The position numbers and the translations under genes are program-made. From Natronospirales bacterium (GTDB lineage Bacteria > Pseudomonadota > Gammaproteobacteria > Natronospirales > REEB76), in the NCBI GenBank assembly GCA_021792635.1, contig JAJYUH010000002.1:234313-298312 (forward strand): a stretch of DNA of 64,000 bases, read 5' to 3'. Below, in pieces: positions 33,262 to 40,900 of this stretch (position 1 is its first letter; every line of letters starts with the position of its first letter). Under the pieces are notes generated by a model that saw nothing but the letters and a program-made list of their open reading frames with translations, was not told where the DNA came from and did no database searches.

Positions 33262-33423
33262 ATGGCTTTGTTGCTTCGCCTTCTTCCAGCATGCGCACGA
33301 TCGAGGCGATCGGGGCCCGGTCTCAATGGCGGTGGAGCTGGCAACGCTCGCAATCAGCGCCTTGCGGAATTTCTCCGGGTCGCGCAGATACGGGTTGGTC
33401 TCGACAAGTGGCCTTCTTTCCAT
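33220..33423 (-). CDS. Small protein, possible Fic antitoxin
   Basis: PLVETNPYLRDP...SVASSTAIETG (SxxxE-G-like inhibitory motif); TATAAT 7 nt before ATG. Confidence 0.6.
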   Translation of the reverse strand: MERRPLVETNPYLRDPEKFRKALIASVASSTAIETGPRSPRSCACWKKAKQQSHSRRRKAPLDNLSE

Positions 33424-33455
33424 GATGGGGATTATAGCAGGCCGCAGTGTTACAA

Positions 33456-33544
33456 CGTTTAAGGATCAGAGCTATTAAACGCCTGGCAGTCGCACCGGCG
33501 TGGCGGACATAAGGACTGGATTCCGGCTCGACGGCCGGAATAAC
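33456..33544 (+). repeat. S-family repeat copy 2
   Basis: Colinear with 31937-32027. Confidence 0.85.
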
Positions 33545-33726
33545 TCCTCCGGGGCAGACCACATTTTCCCGATTGACAGTATTAGTCTCCGTCGTTTCCC
33601 CGGCCTGAGCGAGTGGCGGGCCGCCCGCGCTTGCCTGGCGCGACCCGGCGTTGGAGCATGCGGGCGATTGCATCCTGGAACCAAACATTGCCCGGCACAT
33701 AATTGCAGTGGGTGGTGCGCTGGATG

Positions 33727-34014
33727 TTATGCAGCCCGCCGCACCCGCAGATCCACTCGCAGGCCGGCCAGGCTTGCCAGGTTCACCAGGGCATCCAGGC
33801 TGAATCTATCGATGCGGCCGCGCAGCAGGTCGTTGAGCCGCGGCTGGGTGATGCCCAGCTGTTCGGCTTTCTCGCCCTGGGTGCCGGTTTGATGTTGCAC
33901 GCGCTCCTGGAGTGCGATCATGATCTCCGCGCGCACCTTCATGTTGGCCGCCGCGCCTCGGGTCTTTTCCAGGGCATCCCACACGCTGTTGAATTTCTTT
34001 ACTGGCATATTCAT
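33727..34014 (-). CDS. XRE/HTH (HigA-like) antitoxin
   Basis: FNSVWDAL...LGITQPRLNDLLRGRIDRFSLDAL. Confidence 0.88.
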   Translation of the reverse strand: MNMPVKKFNSVWDALEKTRGAAANMKVRAEIMIALQERVQHQTGTQGEKAEQLGITQPRLNDLLRGRIDRFSLDALVNLASLAGLRVDLRVRRAA

Positions 34015-34336
34015 CTCCTCAATAATTCTGCTAATCGCCGTTTAGCAATTTCAATGTCTGTTTTAGTTGTACGCGGTGTCTTTTTCTTGAAGGCATGCAA
34101 TACATACACGGCGTCTTCGAGTTTGGCGATATAATATAGATGACCCGATAGGCGCCGCCTGCATCTCTGACGCGTATTTCCTGGACTCCAGTGCCTACGG
34201 TGGATAGCGGCTTGAAGTCGTCCGGCATCAGGCCGCGCTGAACCCTGTTCAGCTAAAAACCGGCCTGGTGGCGGGCTACATCCGGAAACGCCCGTAACTC
34301 GTCCAATGAGTTGCCCAGGAAGGCGATGGGTTTCAT
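34011..34336 (-). pseudogene. RelE/Gp49-like toxin with in-frame TAG and 5-nt duplication
   Basis: MKPIAFLGNSLDELRAFP...AGF, TAG at 34253-34255, extra TATAT near 34130, then YVLHAFKKKT. Confidence 0.85.
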
Positions 34337-34446
34337 GTCGGCAAGTATATCAAAAATGATATAAATATCCAGTTGCCAATGCGCAGGGCCGGTTTCGCAC
34401 AAGGCATAGAGCACTCAGCCGTGTGCGCAGGAACTCGCACCCCATG

Positions 34447-34594
34447 GCACTGGGAAGTCGGGTCAGACTCGACAAATCACGGTATCGCTTCACAAACAAT
34501 CTGCCGGCACCAGGCGTGATTGCCCGGAAATCGTTGCCGGCCTGGAAGCGGCGCTGGAACCGTTCCGCGAGCTTGCGAATGATCTCGACGGCGG
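34447..34594 (+). repeat. R-family repeat, full copy (non-coding head plus HsdM C-terminal remnant)
   Basis: Colinear with 35053-35203; tail LPAPGVIAR/IVAGLEAALEPFRELANDL with one frameshift. Confidence 0.85.
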
Positions 34595-34786
34595 CGCCGC
34601 CAACCCACAGCCTGAATGAGTCCCAATGGGCAGGAGCGGCAATGCACACCGCGGCTGCGAGCGCAGACACTGCTTTGGTGCCACCCGACGTTTGGATATG
34701 CCGGTCCCATACGGTTTGAACAACAGATGGGATTAGCTTAGGGTGGTGCCTAAAAACCGGCGGCAGTCGAATCGGCAGAATATGCC

Positions 34787-35047
34787 ATGAAAAAACTCAG
34801 GCACGAGACCGAACTGGTCCATGAAGCGATCCTGGCGGGAGTGAAATACGCCGAGAAACGCGGTGCCGCCATCTTCGAGCCCACGGATTCCGCCGCCGAC
34901 AAGATTCTTTATATTTACCGTTTATTGGTTCACGACAAGATTATCCAGCCACTGCCGGAGGACCAGGTCTCGCAACAGTCCATGCGCCACAAGCTGGCCA
35001 TCTGGTATAGCAAGCAACTCCCAAAAGACCATCCCTTGTTGAATTAA
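34787..35047 (+). CDS. DUF5062-like protein
   Basis: MKKL.HE.ELV...YAEKRG...YIYRLLVHDK...HKLAIW. Confidence 0.75.
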   Translation: MKKLRHETELVHEAILAGVKYAEKRGAAIFEPTDSAADKILYIYRLLVHDKIIQPLPEDQVSQQSMRHKLAIWYSKQLPKDHPLLN

Positions 35048-35052
35048 GGCCA

Positions 35053-35203
35053 GCACTTTGGGAAGTCGGGTCAGACTCGACACATCACGGAATCGCTCCA
35101 CATACCACCTGCCGGAACCGGGCGTGATTGCCCGGGAAATCGTGACCGGCCTGGAAGCGGTACTGGAGCAGTTCCGCGAGCCTGCGAATGATCTCGGCGG
35201 CGG
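35053..35203 (+). repeat. R-family repeat, full copy
   Basis: Tail LPEPGVIAREIVTGLEAVLEQFREPANDL. Confidence 0.85.
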
Positions 35204-35392
35204 GTGCGGATGGTGGTTGGGATAGGGCGGGCGCGGATACACCGGCGGCGGATGCGTCTGCAACTCCTGCAGCAGCACCTCCACCGCTTTTTCCAGCTGC
35301 GGATCGTGGCCTTCGCGCACCAGCTTGGGATCCTGCCAGACTTTGATGTCCGGGGCGATGCCGTGGTTCTCCACTTCCCAGTGGCCGTGCAG
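35196..35392 (-). pseudogene. C-terminal remnant of tricorn (S41) protease, copy 1
   Basis: HWEVENHGIAPDIKVWQDPKLVREGHDPQLEKAV...PPYPNHH. Confidence 0.75.
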
Positions 35393-35411
35393 TCTGCAGA
35401 TGGCCCAGCGC

Positions 35412-35440
35412 TTGACCGATGAGAGGTGTCACCTTACACT
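35412..35440 (+). promoter_or_regulatory. higBA promoter with palindromic operator
   Basis: TTGACC-17-TACACT enclosing AGGTG-T-CACCT; ATG 6 nt downstream. Confidence 0.65.
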
Positions 35441-35446
35441 ACCCAC

Positions 35447-35725
35447 ATGATCCGTAGCTTCCGGCATAAGGGACTGAAGCGACTCTACCGGAACGATGAC
35501 GGGTCGAGGGTCCAATCCGCGCACGTCGAACGGCTGAAGGACATCCTCGTGCGCCTGGACGCGGCGACCAAGGCTCAGGACATGAATCTGCCGGGTCTCA
35601 GGTTGCATCCGCTCAAGGGCAAACGGAAAGGGATCTGGGCAGTGTCCGTCGACGCGAATACTCGCGTGACGTTCGGATTCGATGGTGAGGATGTGGTGGA
35701 CGCAGACTACGAGGACTATCACTAG
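35447..35725 (+). CDS. HigB-family toxin
   Basis: MIRSFRHKGLKRLY...LHPLKG...DYEDYH. Confidence 0.92.
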   Translation: MIRSFRHKGLKRLYRNDDGSRVQSAHVERLKDILVRLDAATKAQDMNLPGLRLHPLKGKRKGIWAVSVDANTRVTFGFDGEDVVDADYEDYH

Positions 35726-35776
35726 TCCCTGTCCGGTTGGCAGGAGTGGAGCGCATATGTGTATTGGAGGTGTGTC

Positions 35777-36073
35777 ATGGCCATGAAGAACCCGCCGCAT
35801 CCTGGTGGAGTGATCCGGCGTCTGTGTATCGAGCCCTTGGGTTTGACCGTGCGGGAAGTCGCCGACGGACTCGGGGTATCCCGGAAGCAGCTGTCGGATC
35901 TGCTGAACGGGCATGCGAGCATTTCGCTCGAAATGGCATACCGGCTATCTGTCGCATTCGGCGGGTCGCCGGAGTCCTGGATGCGCCAGCAGCTCAATTA
36001 TGATTTGGCGCACGGTGACCGGGAAATCCTCCCGCGGATCGAAGAAGAGGTCGAGAGGCTCAAAGTGGCGTAA
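35777..36073 (+). CDS. HigA-family antitoxin
   Basis: MKNPPHPG...[14 protein letters not shown]...SPESW. Confidence 0.92.
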   Translation: MAMKNPPHPGGVIRRLCIEPLGLTVREVADGLGVSRKQLSDLLNGHASISLEMAYRLSVAFGGSPESWMRQQLNYDLAHGDREILPRIEEEVERLKVA

Positions 36074-36130
36074 GAATGCACCCCCCGCTTGTGGGCGCCA
36101 AGAACCTTAAGGCGCAAATCGGATGCGTCT

Positions 36131-36161
36131 AAAAAAGGCCGCTCTTTAAGAGCGGCCTTTT
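36131..36161. terminator. Bidirectional intrinsic terminator
   Basis: AAAAGGCCGCTCT-TTA-AGAGCGGCCTTTT. Confidence 0.8.
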
Positions 36162-36181
36162 GATTTACCGGCATTGCGACG

Positions 36182-36352
36182 TCAATGGATCGGCGGCAAG
36201 TACGGATGGTGGTTGGGATACGGCGGGCGCGGGAACACCGGCGCAGGATGCGTTTTCAGTTCCCGCATCAGCACCTGCACGGTTTTTCCCAGTTGCGGAT
36301 CGTGACCTTCGTGCGTGAGCTTCGGGTCCTGCCACACCTGGATGTTGGGCGC
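36182..36352 (-). pseudogene. C-terminal remnant of tricorn protease, copy 2
   Basis: APNIQVWQDPKLTHEGHDPQLGKTV...PPYPNHHPYLPPIH-stop. Confidence 0.75.
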
Positions 36353-36370
36353 GAGTAGTCGGGACGCCGG

Positions 36371-36457
36371 CCTGCCTGTGCGTCGCACGCAGACAGGTAG
36401 CGCGCAAGCAGGCACGCAGACAGGGATCATACCGGCCGCCTGCCTGCCGCAGGCAGG
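36371..36457. repeat. Cluster of short CCTG...CAGG palindromes
   Basis: CCTGCCTGTGCGTCGCACGCAGACAGG, half copy GCACGCAGACAGG, CCTGCCTGCCGCAGGCAGG. Confidence 0.7.
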
Positions 36458-36483
36458 TCACGGGCGACGCGACGCAATCGATC

Positions 36484-36603
36484 TATCACGGCAATGTGTG
36501 GAACGCGGCGGAACCAATGCGCTCATTGGGGCTGAGCGAGCCGACGGTGAGGCGCTATCTGGATTTGCTGACCGGCCTTTTTATGGTGCGACAGCTTCAG
36601 CCG
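36484..36603 (+). pseudogene. Internal remnant of an AAA+/DUF4143-type ATPase
   Basis: YHGNVWNAAE...LGLSEPTVRRYLDLLTGLFMVRQLQP. Confidence 0.68.
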
Positions 36604-36640
36604 GGGAGAATCCATGTATGCCGAGCGCATGGTGCCGGTT

Positions 36641-37624
36641 TCAGCTCCGGTTTTCTGAAGTTCCGGCGGCGAACTGTTCCCGCAAGTGCAAGCTGATGCG
36701 CCCCGCCAGCCACAGGTTCGGGTGCAGGAGCGAGCCGTTCACGAAACCCACGTGACCGCCTTTTTGGCTGAGTTCCAGCGTGACGGCGGGAGACAGTTCC
36801 TCCTCGCGCGGCACGGAAGCGGTGCTCATGAAGGGATCGTCGGCAGCATGCAGAATCAGGGTGGGCACGCGGATGTTCTTGAGAAAGAAGCGGCTGCTGC
36901 AGCGCGTGTAGTAATCGTCCGCATCCCGGTAGCCGTGCAGCGGGGCGGTGAGTTTGTCGTCGAATTCCCGGAAGGTGCGGATTTTGCCGATGTCGGGCAA
37001 GGGGAAGGGCGCCTGGACCTGCCTGAATTTCCGGATGGAGGAGCGGCGCATGCGTCCCAGCAAGGACCATTTATAGATCCGTGACATGCCTTGCTCAATG
37101 GCTCGTGAGGCATCCGCCAGATCGAAGGGCACAGACACCGCCACCGCCGTCGCCAGGCGGCCGGCATGGTGGCTCTCGCCCAGCCACTTGAGCAATACAT
37201 TGCCGCCCAGGGAATACCCCACGGCCGCCAGGGGGGTATCGGGTTCCTGCTGCTTCAGCAGCCCGGTGACATATTCCAGGTCCTGGGTGAAGCCGGAGTG
37301 GTAGCCGATGGACAGACGGTTGGGTTCGCCGCTGCAGCCGCGGAAATGGGGCAGGGCGCCGCGGTAACCCATGTCGTGGAGGCGTTGCAGAATCCGGGAG
37401 GCATAACGGGACTTTATTGAGCCTTCAAGACCGTGCAGCACGATGACGATGGGTCCGGCGCCGCCCAGGGTCCAGTCCACATCAATGAAATCCCCGTCCG
37501 GCAGTTCCAGGCGTTCACGACGGACTTTGACGCGCGGCGGTGGATAGAAAACATTGGGAAAGACCGTCTGCAGGTGGGGGTTGCTCAGCAACCGGCTGGG
37601 TTTGAAGTCGCTGTTGACGATCAT
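36641..37624 (-). CDS. yheT: YheT-family alpha/beta hydrolase
   Basis: NPHLQT, LHGLEGS, GYSLGGN, DDPF, GGHVGF. Confidence 0.9.
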   Translation of the reverse strand: MIVNSDFKPSRLLSNPHLQTVFPNVFYPPPRVKVRRERLELPDGDFIDVDWTLGGAGPIVIVLHGLEGSIKSRYASRILQRLHDMGYRGALPHFRGCSGEPNRLSIGYHSGFTQDLEYVTGLLKQQEPDTPLAAVGYSLGGNVLLKWLGESHHAGRLATAVAVSVPFDLADASRAIEQGMSRIYKWSLLGRMRRSSIRKFRQVQAPFPLPDIGKIRTFREFDDKLTAPLHGYRDADDYYTRCSSRFFLKNIRVPTLILHAADDPFMSTASVPREEELSPAVTLELSQKGGHVGFVNGSLLHPNLWLAGRISLHLREQFAAGTSENRS

Positions 37625-37939
37625 GCTGGTCTCTTTCTCGATCCCGTGTTGATCACCTGGCGCTCATTGATGGCTGAAGCGATCCGGTCCGCCTGGCAGA
37701 AGGCCGTCTTGGCGCAATTTTGCGATTATCACGGCTGCCGGCCGTTACCGCAAAACGGCAGGGCCGTACCGTGCCATCCTGGAGCACCGCATTACCCGAT
37801 AACACGCATTCATTTTGTTGCGCTGCGAGAGGATGCGCGCGCGGCAGCCCGAATGCTGGCTCCATCCGCAAGATAAAATCATCGAAAATCATAAAATAAT
37901 ATCTATTTTTATCATATAGATATGAATAATTCCTAATAT

Positions 37940-38857
37940 TTATTCTAGTACGATTTTCTGCGTCTGCGACCCCGACATTCGCATGGGCCGCCAGTGACTT
38001 ACGCCCCAGTGGAGCAGTTCCGTGACCGTGGATCCGCAAAGCTCGGGTGGCGGCTCCTGGCGCAGGAATGCAAGGACCTGAAACAGGAGTACGGGTGCGC
38101 GCGCGTCGTTTACCGCTGCGGCATGGGTTTGTTTGCTCAATTTTTCGCCCGCCGCGTTGACCGCCGCCGGCAGGTGCATATAAATGAGTGGGGGCAGATG
38201 CAGCAGTCGCTGTAAATAAAGCTGGCGCGGCGTGGATAGCAGCAGATCGGCGCCGCGCACCACGTGGGTGATGCCCTGGAAGGCGTCGTCCAGCACCACG
38301 GCCAGTTGATAGGCGAAGCCGCCGTCGGCACGGCGGATGACGAAATCTCCGACTTCTTTTGCCAGGTGCTGCCGGACCGGACCCTGTATGGCATCGTCGA
38401 AGGAGAGCATTTCGCCCTCGGCCGCATGCAAGCGGATCGTCCGGGCCGGCCTGCCCGGTGGCAGACCGTGACGGCAGGTGCCCGGATACACGGGCCCTTC
38501 CAAACCCCGCAAGCCACTGTCGGCGATCTCGGTGCGGCTGCAGGCGCAGGGAAAGGTCAGTCCCGCGGCCAGGAGCCGTTCGACGGCGGCCTGGTAGGCA
38601 TCGAGGCGGGTGTGCTGGTAAAGCACCGCGCCGTCCCAGTGGAGACCGAAGGTGTCGAGGCTGCGCAGGATGGCGGCGGCTGCGCCCGGCGGCTCCCGCG
38701 GCGGGTCCAGATCTTCCATGCGCAACAGCCATTGGCCGCAGTGGGCGCGGGCATCGAGGAAGCTGCCCACCGCCGTCGCCAGGGAGCCAAAATGCAAAGG
38801 CCCGGTGGGCGAGGGCGCGAACCGGCCTCTATAAGAAGGTGAGGGGGTGGCAAGCAA
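37940..38857 (-). CDS. gluQ: Glutamyl-Q tRNA(Asp) synthetase (start uncertain)
   Basis: YRGRFAPSPTGPLHFGSL, KLSKQ; next to dksA. Confidence 0.92.
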   Translation of the reverse strand: MLATPSPSYRGRFAPSPTGPLHFGSLATAVGSFLDARAHCGQWLLRMEDLDPPREPPGAAAAILRSLDTFGLHWDGAVLYQHTRLDAYQAAVERLLAAGLTFPCACSRTEIADSGLRGLEGPVYPGTCRHGLPPGRPARTIRLHAAEGEMLSFDDAIQGPVRQHLAKEVGDFVIRRADGGFAYQLAVVLDDAFQGITHVVRGADLLLSTPRQLYLQRLLHLPPLIYMHLPAAVNAAGEKLSKQTHAAAVNDARAPVLLFQVLAFLRQEPPPELCGSTVTELLHWGVSHWRPMRMSGSQTQKIVLE

Positions 38858-39011
38858 GAGATGAGGCGTTGGAAATCCAGGGGGAGGTGCGGGCCGCGGT
38901 ATCAGCAATCGAGGTGTGGAAGGGAGCTCGAAGAAAGAGCGGGTGATTGGAAAGCTGCGGGTACCCTTTAGAAGCCTCACCCCCACTCATTTTCTCAGGC
39001 CTCACCTCTTT

Positions 39012-39581
39012 TCAGCCGGTCATCTGTTTCTCGCGGATCTCGTCCAGCGTCTTGCAGTCAATGCATTGGGTGGCCGTGGGCCGGGCCTCGAGGCGGCGGA
39101 TGCCGATTTCCACGCCGCAGGAATCACAGTAACCATACTCACCGGCTTCCAGGCTCATGATGGCTTCATCTATTTTCTTGATGAGCTTGCGTTCCCGGTC
39201 GCGGGTGCGCAGTTCCAGGCTGAACTCGGATTCCTGGGTGGCACGGTCGTTCGGGTCCGGGAAGTTGGCGGCTTCGTCCTGCATGTGATGTACGGTACGG
39301 TCCACTTCTTCCATGAGTTCCTTCTTCCAGCCCAGCAGGATGTTGCGGAAATGCGCCCGTTGGCGCTCGTTCATATAGGGTTCGCCCTTGCGCAGCGGAT
39401 AGGGTGTGAATCCCTTGAATACGTCGTTGGAAGAGGGCCGACTCCGGGGCCGGCGGATGCCGGCTGCCGGCTTGGCGGCGGGTTTTCTGGCGGCGGACGC
39501 TTTGGGTATGGCTTTGACGGCGGGCCTGCGTGCGGCCTTGGCGGATTTCGCGGCAACCGCCGCCTTTTTCTTAACCGTCAT
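39012..39581 (-). CDS. dksA: RNA polymerase-binding protein DksA
   Basis: DPNDRATQESEF, CDSC...CIDC. Confidence 0.96.
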   Translation of the reverse strand: MTVKKKAAVAAKSAKAARRPAVKAIPKASAARKPAAKPAAGIRRPRSRPSSNDVFKGFTPYPLRKGEPYMNERQRAHFRNILLGWKKELMEEVDRTVHHMQDEAANFPDPNDRATQESEFSLELRTRDRERKLIKKIDEAIMSLEAGEYGYCDSCGVEIGIRRLEARPTATQCIDCKTLDEIREKQMTG

Positions 39582-39696
39582 CGAAAACTCCTGGCATGCC
39601 CGGGAATAAAGCGGGGCAGTTTATACCGGATTGCTTTCCCTGGCGCAAGTTGCGTCGCGGCGGAATTAGGGTGCGTAGAGTGAGGCAGCAAAGGAT

Positions 39697-40411
39697 TCAG
39701 GGGTCCCGCGCGCGTGCTTCCACCCACAGCAGCGTGGCGCCGGCCACGGCGGCGGGCATGATGATGAAATTCACCAGTGGAATGAGGGTACACAGGGCAG
39801 CGGCGGTGCCGAAGCCGAACAGCCGGGCGCGTTGCTGCTTCAGCAGCGGGCGCTGTGCCGCAAAATCCACGCGGTGATTACTTAACGGATAGTCGGAATA
39901 CTGGGTGGCCAGCATCCAGGCGGTAAATGCGAACCACAGCAGCGGCGTGAGCATATCGAACAGCGGCACGAACAGCAGCAGCAGGCCCAGCAGGCCGATC
40001 AGGATGGCGCGCCACAGGATATAAAGGATGCGCCGCAGCTCGTCCCGGACTGCGGCCGCTCTCCGGCCGCCGGCCGGTGAGCAGCGCCTCCACCCGGGCC
40101 GAGAGGAAGCTGTTGAAAGGCGCAGCGATGAGATTCGCCACCAGCGTAAAGGTATAAAAGAACGCGAGCGCGGCGACCAGAGCGAATACCAGCCACAGCA
40201 GCGGAGCGAGCCAGGCAAGCCACCTGGGTAAGCTGGCCGTCCAGCGGTGCAGCCAGCTCCAGAAGCGGTGCGCCGCCATGGCCAGGGCGCAGGCGAACAC
40301 CACGACGTTGATCAGCAGGGGGATGATTACATGGCGCTTGACGCCCGGGCGCGTGAGGAAGCCGAAGCCGCGCAACAGGCAGTGGGCACCTGCGGCAAAT
40401 TCCCTGAACAC
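39697..40411 (-). pseudogene. cysZ: Sulfate transporter CysZ (EI24 domain), frameshifted near 40050
   Basis: N-half (PLLIN, ANLIAAPFN) and C-half (QYSDYP, IPLVNFIIMPAAVAGAT) lie in different frames. Confidence 0.82.
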
Positions 40412-40423
40412 GTCGGGGCTGCT

Positions 40424-40813
40424 TCAGGGCAGGGTAACGGGGGCGGGACTCTGCCAGCCAGGCTGGCGGTGTTCCGCAACCAGCGTGGTGTAGATGCCGC
40501 CGCGCACGTTGAATTCGGCGGTAAGCCGCATGAACTTGGGGTGGATGGCGGCGACGATGTCATCGAGAATCTTGTTGGTCACGTCCTCGTGGAAGGCGCC
40601 CTGATCACGGTAACTCCATATATATAACTTGAGCGCCTTCAGTTCCACACACAACCGTTCCGGTACGTATTCCAGCCGCATCTCGGCGAAGTCCGGCTGA
40701 CCGGTCTTCGGACACAGGCAGGTAAACTCGGGGATATGGATACGGATGGTATAATCCCGTCCCGCGCGCGGGTTGGGAAACGTTTCCAGGGCTTTGCCGG
40801 GCCGGGTGGACAT
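40424..40813 (-). CDS. queF: 7-cyano-7-deazaguanine reductase
   Basis: [27 protein letters not shown]. Confidence 0.96.
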   Translation of the reverse strand: MSTRPGKALETFPNPRAGRDYTIRIHIPEFTCLCPKTGQPDFAEMRLEYVPERLCVELKALKLYIWSYRDQGAFHEDVTNKILDDIVAAIHPKFMRLTAEFNVRGGIYTTLVAEHRQPGWQSPAPVTLP

Positions 40814-40900
40814 GCTCCCCTCGGTGATGCGTTTTCGGGCGCCGATACTTTACACTAGGTGGCCAGGACCGGCCAACTTTTCGCCACCAAAATCCAGCAC

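Larger units (their letters stand above)
21195..36610. mobile_element. Accessory TA/defence island between pnp and yheT; no integrase seen
   Basis: Dense TA genes, R-M genes and remnants, several repeat families, low-GC core. Confidence 0.75.

Noticed and set aside
30609-35203. R and S repeats as integron attC sites
   Set aside because: No consistent RYYYAAC...GTTRRRY pairing and no intI in the window; R tails are better explained as HsdM coding remnants
21195-36610. CRISPR array or prophage
   Set aside because: No regularly spaced short repeats, cas genes, or phage structural or replication genes
37870-37950. Sharp AT-rich patch
   Set aside because: Short intergenic stretch upstream of yheT, most likely promoter DNA; no repeats or element ends seen
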